From the NCBI RefSeq assembly GCF_009914755.1, contig NC_060925.1: 64,000 nucleotides of DNA. The stretch is one strand, 5' to 3'. How positions within the stretch are numbered: the first letter of the stretch is position 1; each line of letters begins with the position of its first letter. This document shows, one piece after another, positions 29,821 to 44,402 of this stretch. Source of the stretch: the human T2T-CHM13v2.0 reference genome, Homo sapiens. The notes under the pieces were generated by a model. That model made no database searches, was not told the origin of the DNA, and saw only the letters and a program-made list of their open reading frames with translations. The position numbers and the translations under genes are program-made.

Positions 29821-30589
29821 AAACATTTGCAAAGACCAGATTGCAAGATCAAGCATGATGCCTTTATGAACTGCAGACAGTTGAGTTTTCCTTCAGGCTG
29901 GAGGGTACAGTGAAAGGAGAGCCCAAGAAGTAAGCAAGGGTCAAATAAGAGACTTTTTGTATGATATGGCAAAGGCCTAGTGGGGGCTTTGTATTCTTTG
30001 GATAATGGGAAGACTGTTTCAAGCAGGAGTAATTATACTGAAATGGCCCACAGGCTACAGTGTAGATAGAAGATGGAGGAAGGTAGTAGCCACAGTTTTT
30101 TGTGTTTTTTTTGGAGAAAGAATATAAGACAAGTTTGAATTATAAAATGAGAGTGCATGGGTTACACGGTCTTTACTCTTAAATTTAGATTCAGACGAAG
30201 TCACCAAAGTTTGCGGTATAGGTGGAGGGTAATGCATTAAAGTGCAGATCATGAAACCTGAATTGCTTCTTTTGTCCAGTTGTTAACATTTTGTAGAACC
30301 CAGCCCAGGAAACATAAAATACTGGAATGTAACATCCATGAGGGTTTGTCTATTTTGTTTGCTTTTTCTCCACTACTCAGTACATGATAGGCCCTTAATA
30401 AAGATTAACTGAATAAAATCATTGAACGAAATAAGGTCTATCTTTAGTATCTGATCTCCTCCTATGCTACCATCATTCTAAGGCCTCCTGCTTAGGTAAC
30501 ATCATGCTAGGTGTGAACCACTTGTAATTTTTCCCCAGAATACTCCTTTACTTTTGAACCTTACTCATCATATTTTACAAAACGAAGAT

Positions 30590-31025
30590 CAGGCTCTTGC
30601 CCTCCCCATATATTAGCTGTATGACTTTGGGCACATTCATTTGTTTTTTTATGCCTAAATCTCTGTAAAATAGAGATAGTAGCTAATGTCCATTGAGCAT
30701 TGAGCACTTACACTTAGAACCAGTCACTGTCCTAAAAACTTTAAATGCCTTAACACACAGTTAATCCTCAGTATCCTCCTATATGGGCTATACTACTGTC
30801 ATTCACCTATTACGTATGAGGAAACTGAGCCAAGATAAGTCACACAACAAGTAAGCGACAAAGCCTGGATCTGAACTCAGTCCACCTCCTGAGATCATGC
30901 TCTTAACCATTATGCATACTGCCTGTCCAGGGATGCTACCCCACTCATTGGACAGTCATGAAGAGTCTACATAAAAACACTTAGAAAAGTGCCTTACTTA
31001 TAGTAAGTACCCAATAGAAGTTAGA
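30590..31025. mobile_element. MIR (+) interrupted by an antisense MIR (~30685-30925)
   Basis: The MIR core (tagctgtatgactttgggca...ctgtaaaatagagata) and its reverse complement (atgaggaaactgag...aagtcacaca) are both present. Confidence 0.65.
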
Positions 31026-31099
31026 TTTTTTTGTTGTTATTGTTTTACTCTATTTATAGCTTCTAGGATCTTATATGTTCATTGATAGATGAGTCACTA

Positions 31100-31850
31100 T
31101 TTCTCAAAGGAAATCAGATTATTTCATTTTAGACAGATCTAATTGGGAAAAAGTCATTCATTGTTTGTTTGATGCTCACTTAACACTTAACTTCCTGTGA
31201 CTTTCCTCATTGTTTCTAGTTCTTAACTGGGGATAAAGAGAGGCAAGCCTAGCTCCACTTTCTTAAAACAACTCTCAGATATTCAAAGGAGAGTGTTTTT
31301 GACACCTACATAGTCCATTCTTCAGTCTAAGCAGTTTGAATCACTTGCTGTTTCTCTTATGGCATGGTTTCCAGATATTCTGGTTTGATGCAGACACCCT
31401 TATACCTGGCCATCTAGATGAAAACAAAATATTATAGCTCATATGTGGAGTAATAGCTGCATATAAAACAGGACATTGAGAGAAAAGATTTGAGGATAGT
31501 CCTGTCAGTCTGAATTATATTCTCAGAGACAGTTATGGTGCCTTCCTTGCATGGAGTAGGTTGTAATTCTTGACTGAATGAATTCACTTATAAACAAATG
31601 TGTTAATGAACCCTGGGCTTACTCTTGACTTAAATCCCTATTCTTGTTCACATGTACTTCTGCTTCTGGTGCTATGCTTCTGTGATTGGTTTGGGAAACA
31701 TATAGTAGGACATCATATTAGTCCCTATTAAACTTCATTTTGTTTGAGCTATCCAGTCTTCCAACATTTCAGATCATCTTGGATACTAATTTTGTCATTT
31801 CGTGTATTGTCATTCCCTCCAAACATCATGTCATCTGTAGATTTCTCCTC
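31100..31850 (-). mobile_element. L3/CR1 relic
   Basis: tgtcatctgtagattt (antisense RT FADD-like motif) and catggtttccag. Very diverged. Confidence 0.45.
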
Positions 31851-34800
31851 TGGGCCATTAATACAATCCTCCGAGTATTTAAATGGAATATATTATGCTC
31901 ATATTCTATTAAAATATTCATAAGGGCTTATGGCTTAAAGTGTTTTAATTAATTATAAATCAATCACATCTTAGCAGTACATTTTATCATGAATTGCCAT
32001 TAAGAATATCTACTTATTTATTCATTCAATAATTATTAAAATATAAAAAATTTTTTTCCAAAATATCACCCAAATTTGAGTAATTAAATTTTTAAAAAAA
32101 TTTTAAAAATTTATGAACATTTTAATGTGATGGGCTTCTGAAATGAATTTGAAAAACGTGAAATTAATGTAAACTGAAAGTAGGGTCAGACCTTATGGTG
32201 CTAACCTTTTCATCATCAAAGAAATTAACTGAAAAAGCTAAACAGTCTCAAGGCATGTAATACATTACTATTGGGAGAATGTACAAGTAGGGTTGTCATC
32301 AAAAGGTGAACAATATTAGTCATCTAATTTCGTGTATCAGAAAGAATTTCCACCAAGTACTATGAAATTCATGAATAAAAGATTTCCCACTTGTGAGAAC
32401 TAAAGGGCTAGTAATAAACCAAGTGTATTGTTAAATAAAAGATTTAAATAAAAATGGAAGAAAGTTTCTTAAAATGAAGTCATACTTCCTTGGTGGATTG
32501 CAAAATCTAAATGTTATTAAACAAAGATAGTAAAATTAAAAAGAAATAAAAAGTTATACCCTGAAATATTGATGATCTCAAAATTTAGAAAAAAATGTAA
32601 TAACTGGAATATCTCAATAAAATATCATAATTATGTCACTTTGGTTAGAGAATATAGCTTTAAAAATTTTATTGGCCAATTTGCATTTATTAATTTGAGA
32701 AAACACCTTCACCTTCATTAATTCAGATTAAAATTTTAATTTTAAAACAGGTTTCATTCTGTTGCCTTCCAGTTGTATATTGCTTCTGGGAATAACAAGT
32801 TTTTTTAATTACAGTATCTACCATGTAATCTCATACAATTTTAAAATTTAAAGGTCTCTGGTATTTTACTAGTTTTACTTTGACAAAATTAGATAAATGG
32901 CAGATTATGTTTTTCATTAGTAACATTTCTCTTAACCTCATTTCATCTTAACCTCACAGGTATAAAAATAAATACAATCAAATTCTATCATCCAAATTGG
33001 TAGATTAATAGTACTTCATATAGTCAAATAAATGGGTAGGAATACATTAGGAAAGCCAGGATAACCCACAGACTCTCTGAAGGAAGTGGATTGCTCCTGC
33101 AGGACCTGGGAGACACCCCAAATACTGTGAGTGCCCAAACCATGAAATGGGAAAGGGAGATTGTCTGCCCCGAGCACATATACCCACCAGGGAACCTGAA
33201 GGTCTAGATTACAGAAGAAGATTCTGACCTTACCTGGAGCTGAGTCAATTTAGAGAGCCGAGCAAAATACAGGGGTAGAGGAAGCAGCGGGAAAATCCCT
33301 AAGCCATTTCTGCCTGGTCTCACAGGGGTCCTTAAGCAGGGCTGCCAGAGGCACTGGGCAAAGTCCACATGGAGAAGGAAACCTCCAGTTGAACTTTGTA
33401 ACAATTTGAACTGATCAAGAAGTCTCCTGGCCAGAACTCAGGGGAGGGTGTGAATCTGGTGTGCAGACTCCACAAGTTGGGGAAGAAAGAAAGCCCTACT
33501 TTCGCAGCTGGGAGGCAGGTAGCCTGGGGCAAGTTCTCAGCCCTGCTCGCCCACTGCCTGGAAACAGACTCTGTGCTGTTGGAAGGGGCACAGTGGGAGT
33601 GAGACCAGCCGTTTGAATTGCGTGGGAGGTGGGTGAGACCTCTGACTGCCACTTTTCCCTACTTCCCTGACAACCAGCATGACACAGCAGAGACAGCCAT
33701 AATCCTCCTGGGAACATAACTCCATGGGACCTGGGACCCTCACCCACATCCCCCACAGCAGCCACAGCAAGACCTGCCCAAGTAAAGTCTGAGGTCAGAC
33801 ATGCCTAGCCCTGCTCCCACCTAATGCTCCTCCCCTACACCCTCTGGTAACTGAAGACAAAGGGCAGTATACTCTTGGGAGTTCTAGGGCCCCACCCACC
33901 ACCTGTTTCTCCCCATACTGCCACAGCTGATACTTTCTTGAAAGCGCCACCTCTCAGCAGGATGCCAGATAGCACAAAAATAGTGCATTAATCAACCACC
34001 AAAGCTAAGGAACCTCACAGAGTCCATTTCACGCCCCCTGCCACCTCCACCGGAGCAGGTGCCAGTATCCACAGCTGAGAGACTCAGATGGTTCACATTA
34101 TAGGACTCTGTACAGACAACCCCCAGTCCCAGCCCAGAGCCTGGCAGACTTGCTGGGTGGCTAGATCCAGAAGAGAGATAACAATCCTACAGCTCAGCTC
34201 TCAGGAAGCCACATTCCTAGGGAAAGGAGGAGAGTACTACATCAAGGAAACACCCATAGGTAAAAAGGAACTGAAGAACAGCCTTGAGCCTTAGACTTTT
34301 CCCTTCAACAGAGCCTACCCAAATGAAAAGGAACCAGGAAACCAACTCTGGTAATATGGCAAAACAAGGTTTTTTAACACCCCCAAAAAATCACAATAGC
34401 TCACCAGCAATGGATCCAAACCAAGATGAAATCCCTGATTTACCTGAAAAATAATTCAGAAGGTTAGTTATTAAGCTAATCAGGGAGTCACCAGAGAAAG
34501 GTGAAGCCCAATGTAAGGAAATCAAAAAAATGATACAAGAAGTGAGGGGAGAAATATTCAATGAAATAGATAGCATAAATAAAAAATAATCAAAACTTTA
34601 AGAAACAATGGATGCACTTATAGAAATGCAAAATGCTCTGGAAAGTCTCAGCAATAGAATTGAACAAGCAGAAGAAAGAACTTCAGATCTCAAAGACAAG
34701 GTTTTCCAGTTAACACAATCCAACAAAGACAAAGAAAAAAGAATAAGGAAATATGAACAAAGACTCCAAGAAGTCTGGGATTATGTTAAACGACCAAACC

Positions 34801-35251
34801 TAAGAATAATGTATTCCTGAGGAAGAACAGAAATCTAAGTTTGGAAAATACATTTTGAGGAATAATTGAGGAAAACTTCCCCAGCCTTGCTAAAGAACTA
34901 GACATCTGAATACAAGAAGCTCAAAGAACATCTGGGAAATTCATCACAAAGAGATCATCACCCAGGCACACTGTCATCAGATTATCTAAAGTTAAGACAA
35001 AGGAAAGAATCTTAAGAGCTGTGAGGCAAAAACACCAGGTAACCTATAAAGGAAAACTCATCAGATTAACTGCAGATTTCTCAGCAGAAACCCTACAAGC
35101 TAGAAGGGTTTGGGGTCCTATCTTCAGCCTCCTCAAACAACACAATTATCAGCCAAGAGTTTTGTACCCAGCAAAACTACACAGTCTTTTCCAGACAAGC
35201 AAATGCTGAGAGAATTCGCCACTCTCAAGCCAGCAATAAAACAACCGCTGA

Positions 35252-35594
<343 letters not shown>

Positions 35595-38500
35595 AAGGAG
35601 CTCTAAATCTTGAAACAAATCTTGGAAACACATCAAAACAGAACCTCTTTAAAGCATAAATCACACAGAACCTATAAAACAAAAATACAATTTAAAACAA
35701 AAAACCAACGTATACAGGCAATAAATAGCATGATTAATGGAGTGGTACCTCACATCTCAATACTAACATTAAATGCAAATGGTCTAAATGCTCCACTTAA
35801 AAGATACATAATTGTAGAATGGATAAGAATTCACCAACCAACTATGTGCTGCCTTCAAGAGATACACCTAACACATAAGGACTCACATAAACTTAAGGTA
35901 AAGGGATGGCAAAAGACACCCCATGCAAATGGACACCAAATGCGAGCAGCAGTAGCTATTCTTACATTAGACAAAAACTTTAAAGCAACAGTATTAAAAA
36001 AAGAGAAAGAGGGTCATTATATAACGATAAAAGGCCTTGTCCAACATGAAAATATCACAATCCTAAATATATACGCACCTAACACTGGAGCTCCCAAACT
36101 TATAAAACAACTACTACTAGACCTAAGAAATGAGATAAACAGCAACACAATAATAGTGGGGGACTTCGATATTCCACTCACAGCAAAAGACAGGTCATCA
36201 AGACAGAAAGTCAACAAAGAAACAATGGATTTAAACTATACCCCAGAACAAATAGACTTAACATATATTTACATGACATTCTACCCAACAACCACAGAAT
36301 GTACATTCTATTCAACAGCGCATGGAACTTTCTCCGGGATAGACCACATGATAGGCCACAAAATGAGCCTCAATAAATTCAAGAAAATTGAAATTATATC
36401 AAGCAGTCTCTCAGACCACAGTGGAATTAAACTGGAAATCAACTGCAAAAGGAACCTTCAAAACCATGCAAATACATGGAAATTAAATAACTTGCTCCTG
36501 AATGATCATTGGGTCAAAAACAAAATCAAGATGGAAATTTAAAAATTCTTCGAACTGAACAACAATAGTGATACAACCTATCAAAACCTCTGGCATACAG
36601 CAAAGGCGGTGCTAAGAGGAAAGTTCATACCCCTAAACACCTTCATCAAAAAGTCTAAAAGAGCACAAACAGACAATCTAAGGTAACATCTCAAGGAACT
36701 AGAGAAACAAGAACAAACCAAACCCAAACCCAGCAGAAGAAAGGAAATAACCAAGATTAGAGCAGAACTAAATAAAATTGAAACCAAAAAAATACAAAAG
36801 ACAAATATAACAAAAAACTGGTTCTTCGAAAAGATAAATAAAACTGATAGACCACTGGCAAGATTAACCAAGAAAAGGAGAGAGAAAATCCAAATAAGCT
36901 CAATTAGAAATGAAACGAGAGATATTACAACTGACATCACAGAAATACAAAAGATCATTCAAGGCTAATACGAATGACTTTATGTACACAAACTAGAACA
37001 CCTAAAGGAGATGGATAAAATCCTGGGAAAATACAACCTTCCTAGCTTAAATCAGGAAGAATTACATACTCTGAACAGGCCAATAACAAGCAGTAAGATT
37101 GAAATGTTAATGAAAGAATTACCAACAAAAAGAAGTCCAGGACCAGACAGACTCACAGCAGAATTCTACCAGACATTCAAAGAAGAATTGATGTCAATCC
37201 TTTTGACACTATTCCACCAGATAGAGAAAGAGGGAACCCTCCCTAAATCATTGTATGAAACCATTATCACCCTAATACCAAAACCAGGAAAGGACATAAT
37301 CAAAAAAGAAAACTACAAATCAATATCCCTGATGAACATAGATGCTAAAATCCTTAACGTAATACTAGCTAATTGAATCCAACAACATACCAAAAAGATA
37401 ATCTACCATCATCAAGTGGGTTTTATACCAGGGATGCAGGGATGGTTTAACATACACAAGTCAACAAATGTGATACACCACATAAATAGAATAAAAAACA
37501 AAAATCACATATCATCTTAACAGATGTAGAAAAAGCATTTAACAAAATCCAGCATCGTTTTTGATTAAAACTCTCCACAAAATCAGCATACAAGGACATA
37601 CCTCAATGTAATAAAAACCATCTATAACAAATCCATAGCCAGCATAATACTGAATGGGGAAAAGTTGAAAGCATTCCCTCTGACAACTGAAACAAGACAA
37701 GGATGCCCACTCTCACCATTCCTTTTCACCATAGTATTATGTTGAAGCCAGAGCAATCAGACAAGAGAAAGAAATAAAGGGCATCCAAATTGGTAAAGAA
37801 GAAGTCAAACTGTCGCTGCTCTCTGATATGATTGTTTACCTAGAAAACCCTAAAGACTACTCCAGAAAGCTCCTAGAACTGATAAAAGAATTCAGCAAAG
37901 TTTCCAGATAGAAAATTAATGTACACAAATCAGTAGCTCTTCTATACACCCACAGCGACCAAGCGGAGAATCAGATCAAGAACTTAACCCCTTTTACAAT
38001 AGCTGCAAACAAACAAAATACTTAGAAATATACCTAACCAAGGAGGTGAAAGACCTCTACAAGGAAAACAACAAAACACTGCTGAAAGAAATCATAGATG
38101 ACACAAACTAGTGGAAACACATCCCATGTTCATGGATGGGTAGAATCAATATTGTGAAAACGACCATACTGCCAAAAGCAATCTACAAATTCAATGCAAC
38201 TCCCATCAAAATACCACCATCATTCTTCACAGAATTAGAAAAAACAATCCTAAAATTCATATGGAACCAAGAAAGAGCCCACATAGCCAAAGCAAGACTA
38301 AGCAAAAAGAATAAATCTGGAGCCATCACATTACCTGATTTCAAACTATACTATAAGGCCGTAGTCACCAAAACAGAATGGTACTGGCATAAAAATAAGA
38401 CACATAGACCAATGGAACAGAATAGCGAACTCAGAAATAAACCCTCATACTTACAGCCAACTGATCTTTGACAAAGCAAACAAAAAGATAAAGTGGAGAA

Positions 38501-39376
38501 AGGACACCTTATTCAACAAATAGTGCTGGGATAATTGGCAAGCCACATGTAGGAGAATGAAACTGGATCCTCATCTCTCACCTTATACAAAAATCAACTC
38601 AAGATGGATGAAGGACTTAAATCTAAGACCGGAAACTACAAAAATTCTAGAAGACAGTGTTGGAAAAACCCTTCTAGATATTGGCTTAGGCAATGATTTC
38701 ATAACCAAGAACCCAAAAGCAAATGCAATAAAAACAAAGATAAATAGCTGGGACTTAATTAAACTAAAGAGCTTTTGCATACAAAAGAAACAGCAGAGTA
38801 AACAGACAACCCACGGAGTGGGAGAAAATCTTCACAATCTATACATCTGAAAAAGGACTAATGTGCAGAATCTACAACAAACTCAAACTAATTAGCAAGA
38901 AAACAAACAATCCCATCAAAAAAGTGGGCTAAGGACATGAATAGACAATTCTAAAAAGAAGATATACAAATGGCAAACAAACATATGAAAGAAATGCTCA
39001 ACATCACTAGTGATCAGGGAAATGCAAATCAAAACCAGAATGTGATACCAACTTACTCCTGCAAGAATGGCCATAATCAAAAAATCAAAATATAATAGAT
39101 GTTAGCCTGGATACAGTGAAAGGGAAACGCTTTTACACTGCTGGTGGGAATGTAAACCAGTACAACCACTATGGAAAACAGTGTGGTGATTCCTTAAAGA
39201 GCTAAAAGTAGAACTACCGTCTGATCCAGCAATCCCACTACTGGGTATCTACCCAGAAGAAAAGAAGTCATTATATGAAAAAGATACTTGCACACGCATG
39301 TTTATAGCAGCACAGTTTGCAATTGCAAAAACATGGAACCAACCCGAGTGCCCATCAATGAGTGGATAGGGAAACT

Positions 39377-39565
39377 GTTATATATAACTATATATTTTTT
39401 AATATATATATTTATATATATATAAATACTATATATATAATACTATATATAAATACTATATATAAATACTACTAGATACTATATATATACTATAAATACT
39501 ACTATATATAGTATATATAATACTATATATATAAAGTACCATATATATATATATATAAAAATACT
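39377..39565. repeat. AT-rich complex microsatellite (TATA/TACTA units) inside the L1PB 3' region
   Basis: ~190 bp of almost exclusively A/T with repeated AATACTATATAT. Confidence 0.9.
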
Positions 39566-40094
39566 ACTCAGCCATAAAAAGGAATGAATTAATGGCATTC
39601 ACAGCAACCTGGATGAGACTGGAGACTATTATTCTAAGCAAAGTAACTCAGGAATGGAAAAACCAAACATCGTATGTTGTCACTCATATGTGGGAGCTAA
39701 GCTATGACAATGCAAAGGCATAAGAATAACACAATGGACTTTGAGGTCTCAGGGGGAAAGGGTAGGAAAAGGGTGAGAGATAAAAGACCACAAATTGGGT
39801 GCAGTGTATACTGCTTGGGTGATGGGTGCACCAAAATCTCACAAATCACCACTAAAGAACTTACTCATGTAACCAAACTACCTGTTCCCCAATAACCTAT
39901 GGAAATAAAAAATTTTAATAAAAAAATTAAATAAAAACAAAGTAATGGAGCAGCCTAAAATTGCATATACATGGCAGGAGTTATTGGAATTTGTTGCAGT
40001 CATACAAAATATATATTTTCTTTGTGTTAATATTGATGTAACCATTTTCGTAGCTCATTTTGATTGATCATGGTAAATCACCTTGAAAAGGATA

Positions 40095-40354
40095 CACTCT
40101 GTTGCCCAGGCTGGAGTGCAGTGGCGCAATCTTGGCTCACTGCCTCGTAGGCTCAAGCGATCCTCCTGCCTCAGCCTCCCCAGTAGCTGGGATTACAGGC
40201 AGGTAACACCAAACCTGGCTAATTTTTGTATTTTTAGTAGAGATGGGATTTTGCCATGTTGGCCAGGCTGGTCTCAAACTCCTGACCTCAGGTGATCCGC
40301 CCACCTCAGCCTCCCAAAGTGTTTGGATTACAGGCATGAACCTCCATGCCCAGC
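40095..40354 (-). mobile_element. Alu (J/S) lacking its A-tail
   Basis: Antisense Alu from cactctgttgcccagg to ccatgcccagcc. Confidence 0.88.
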
Positions 40355-42591
40355 CATTTTGTGTTTGATTTTGATCTCTGTTTTAAAGAGAAAAAACACT
40401 GCAGCTGTAAAGTAGACATCTTCTATGTTCCCCCTCCGAGTCGTATTCCAATCCCTCCTTCACCAAGGAAATTACTTCTTTGAATTTGGCATACCTCTAT
40501 TCCATATTTCTATTTTGAAATGCATGTATATGTATTCATCAGTATATAGCATAGTTTTTTGACTTGTGTAAATTGATTTGTGCTATATAAATTTTCTGTA
40601 CTTGCTTACTCACACAATATTGTTTGCAAGATCTATTCATCTTATTTCATACATAAAAATATAGATAATTCATTTTCATTGCTGTTCATTTTAACAACAT
40701 ATTACTTTTTCATCATTTACCTTATACTGTTGTTTATTTAGGTTGTGACCAACTTTTTAATATTATTCTGTAATTAACATTTTTACGTTGATTTTTCTAT
40801 ATTTTAGATTATTTAGGTAGGATAGTTGCTTAGAAGTAGATAAGAAAGTTTTTGAGGTGTGAGATTCATATTTGAAAATGTTTTCCAAAAAAATTACAGT
40901 TTATAATCTCAAAACCCATTTATGAGAGTGCTCATCTTATAGCACTTTCACTAGCATTGAATATTCCAAGTTATTCTGGAGTTAATTCACTAATTTTTAA
41001 CGGAAACAACTGACTTTGTGATTAAATTAAGTAGCATAGAAAAATGTGATCAATGTGTTGGTTGAATGTAAGCCATTTAGTTAAATTCCAAGATCCACTT
41101 TAAAATCATCTATTGATTATGAAATGCTATTGTATCATTTTATGTTGTGGTTTTGTCTTCTTTTCAGAAAGGCCATGGATCTGCTATGCTTTATCTGTGC
41201 TATTCTTAGGAAGTTTTTGAAGCTTCCTCTGTAACACATTTTATTATAACATCCAGTAATAAAAATATCTTTTTTTAGAAATCAAGCATATGCTTTACTT
41301 TATTGGGTATTTGTGATCACCAACTCTCTTCATTATTTTGGAATTTCAATTTTAAGCTCTAAGATGATGTCATCTTTGTAGCCAGAAGACCTGAGCAGCA
41401 ATATCATCTGCAGTTATGTAAACTTCATCAAATTATTCTCATTTTCCAGAGGAAATTATTATCAGATTATTTATCCATAAAGTGGGATTATTATCACCTT
41501 ATTATGTTCTTAAATAGATTAAATGAGATCCTTTAAAATAAAGTAGAAATATAGATTAGAATCACTGATCTCTTTCCAAGTAGCCATAGATACCTAAAGT
41601 CCCCAGTAAAACCCAGAATTAGAGAAATTTCAGAGGTATGATTGATCATCTTTCTCTGCCACTTTGCCTGACACAGCCAAGAGAGCAATTTATGCAGTGC
41701 ATCACAGGTTGCCCAAATCCTTGGAAATCATGAAAGGCCTTATGTTCCCACAGCATCCTCACCCACCTACACACCAAGATTTTATAGTTTGTACCTTAGC
41801 CAACTCTCCCCAGAGTTACAATTTGAATTTTGCCATTATCCAAAACAACTTCAGAAATCTTGAATCTCTAAATTCTACCATAAATTCTAATTTTTCCTTC
41901 TTCCACTTCTGTCTGTCCCCTCGCTCCTGCTACACTCCTCTCCGACCTATGGAAACCTGACGTCTTTTGTTTCTTCTATTTTCTCCTAGACTCAGTTCCC
42001 TTCCTGGCCCAGAAAAAAAGTTATAATTGTTATCATTGATATAACTCTTTTGATTGCTCTCAGTGATGCCTCTCAAACTACTTCAATATGGACCATTCTC
42101 CCCAACTGCTGATGTATACAAAATTCTTGTTGCCTTATGTTAACAGATTACCTCATTTCCTACTTCATCAAGAAAATTTGAGATCTTCAGAAATGCCTCC
42201 CTCAACTACCAGCCCTCCTTCCACCATGCCAACTTACACCCATACCATCCCTGCAGTCTTCCCTCCAGTCTGAACAAATGAGGTGCCTCACTTCTATTCA
42301 GTGTCAGCCCCTCCCCTTGTGCTGTCAATCTCCTCTTCATTGTCCCCTCTTGGAATTTACTCAGTTTTTTTTTTTTGTACCATCTTATCTATCTTTAACC
42401 TGTTCCTCTTCGCCAGTGTCTTCATGTCAGCTTTCCTTTCCCTTGACCCCTCAGTTTTTTTTATAGCCCCTTAACTTTTCTCCTCTCCTCTCATTCAGGC
42501 TTTACAAATAATATTCTACCTGTATTGTGTCTATTTATTTTCTTCTTATTTATCTTCAGCTCACTGTAAGATAGTTATCACCTGAAATGTC

Positions 42592-43032
42592 TGTATTAGT
42601 CAGGATTCTCTAGAGGGACAGAACTAATAGGATAGATAGATAATATAAAGGGGAGTTTATTAAGTAGTATTAACTCACATGATCATAAGGCCCCAAAATA
42701 GGCCCTCCACAAGCTGAGGCGCAAGGAAGCCAGTTCAAGTCTCAAAGCTGAAGAACTTGGAGTCCGATGTTTGAGGGAAGGAAGCATCCAGCATGGGAGA
42801 AAGATGCAGCCTGGGAGGCTAAGCCAGTCTACCCTTTTCATGTTTTTCTGCCTGCTTTATATTCGCTGGCAGCTGATTAGATTGTGCCCACCCAGTTAAG
42901 GGTAGGTCTGCCCTCCCCAGCCCACTGACTCAAAAATTAATCTCCTTTGGCAACACCCTCACAGACACCCCCAAGATCAATACTTTGCATCTTTTAATCC
43001 AATCAAGTAAACACTCACTATTAACCATCACA
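42592..43032 (-). mobile_element. MLT2A (HERVL) solo LTR
   Basis: tgtattagtcagg...ctctagagggacagaactaatagga start, ttaaccatcaca end, 5-bp TSD ATGTC. Confidence 0.92.
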
Positions 43033-43337
43033 ATGTCTATCACCAAGGTTACTAGTGACCTACTGTTTTTAAAATGGAGTGGGTATCCTCGATCTCTTAT
43101 TTCACTGGACACCTTTCCTGTGTAGGATGCTCTTGTTCACTTCCTTTTTCCTAACACAACTCTATTCATTGGACTCTAGTCACCCTTACACTTCTGGACG
43201 CCATTCCTTCTTGTTGCTCTTCCTGTTTTCAGCCCTCAAGTATTAGTGTCCCTTAAGGTACTGTCCTCAGTCAACTCACTCTAGTTCCCCTCACATTCCC
43301 CTTGGAGAGCTCATTCACGTGAGTTTCTACTTCCGTG

Positions 43338-43415
43338 ATACTTCTAAGTTGTATCTCCAGCTAATACTTCTAAGTTGTATCTCCAGCTAATACTTCTAAG
43401 TTGTATCTCCAGCTA
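43338..43415. repeat. Three perfect tandem copies of 26-mer ATACTTCTAAGTTGTATCTCCAGCTA
   Basis: Copies at 43338, 43364 and 43390. Confidence 0.97.
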
Positions 43416-44044
43416 AAACCTATTCTCTAAGCTTCAGATTTTGATGCCAACTGATTCCTGGTAATCTCCACCTATGTCCTCCAGGAACCCGAAGTTAATT
43501 ATGATCAAAACTGATTTCAGTCTCTCCCATTTATCTGCTTCCACCCCAATACTCTGCATCTCCATTGGTGACATCACCACATGCTGGGAAACTGGAAGAC
43601 ATGTTTGTGCATGACTCACTCCCTCGCCCCCATATCCTGTCACCAAGTCCTACCATTTTTATCTTTTAAATGTTTCCTGAAGCAGCTGCTTTTTATTCCT
43701 CATTACCTCTTTCATTACCAGCCCTGTTAAGTTTCCTGTTTTTGTTTTTCTTTTTTCGAATAGGATAGAGTATATATACAGAACACCAATCTGCCAAAAT
43801 CACTTCCCATTAAAAATATTTTAATTATGCTCCGTCACTTATGCAACAAAGTCTATCTCCTTTAAAAAAAAGAAATACAAGCTTTGAGTTTCTTGAGGGC
43901 AGGGACCATACCATGCACTATGACTAGTATAATGCCTAGCACTTAGAAAATGTTTAATTAGATCTTACTTAATGAAGGGATGAATAAATTATAGAAGTGC
44001 TGTGTATCCATTCTTCTCATTCTTTTTTTCATACACTGTCACTG

Positions 44045-44402
44045 TGTGGCAGTGACAATACTATTTACCAAATAATCCACATCCTCCCTTTGTATTTCCC
44101 AGGCTTCCTTGTGCTAAGGGTGAGGCCATATAAATAGTTCTAGACATTGAGTTATAAGCATAATTGCTGCATGGCACTTGCAGCCCAATATCTTTAAGAG
44201 CTGTGATGAATTTTCCACACTCTCTCTTCCCTTGCTTTGGCTCTCCTGACAATCTTGAGATGGTATCACAAGATAATGGGGCAGAAACGCATGCTGGACA
44301 TACAGTAGTAGGAATAGTGGAAAGTAAGCCTTTTGTGTTAAATCACTGAGATTTCAGGGTTAATTTGTTAAAATAACATAATCTAATCCACCCTGAATAA
44401 TA
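44045..44402 (+). mobile_element. Old MLT1 (I/J-like) LTR
   Basis: 3' end ttgtgttaaatcactgagatttcagggttaatttgtta...cctgaataata. Confidence 0.6.

Larger units (their letters stand above)
41700..43990 (+). mobile_element. Long L2 relic, interrupted by MLT2A
   Basis: Pyrimidine-rich L2 body (caccaaggttactagtgacct, tgtcaccaagtcct) and tail (cttgagggcagggacc...atgaataaat). Confidence 0.65.

Noticed and set aside
32930-32966. Other AG|GT recursive-like motifs (CAG|GTATAA here; also ~2298, ~25603, ~47317, ~51521)
   Set aside because: Weaker donors or tracts, or located inside repeats. Their number shows the chance background for this motif.
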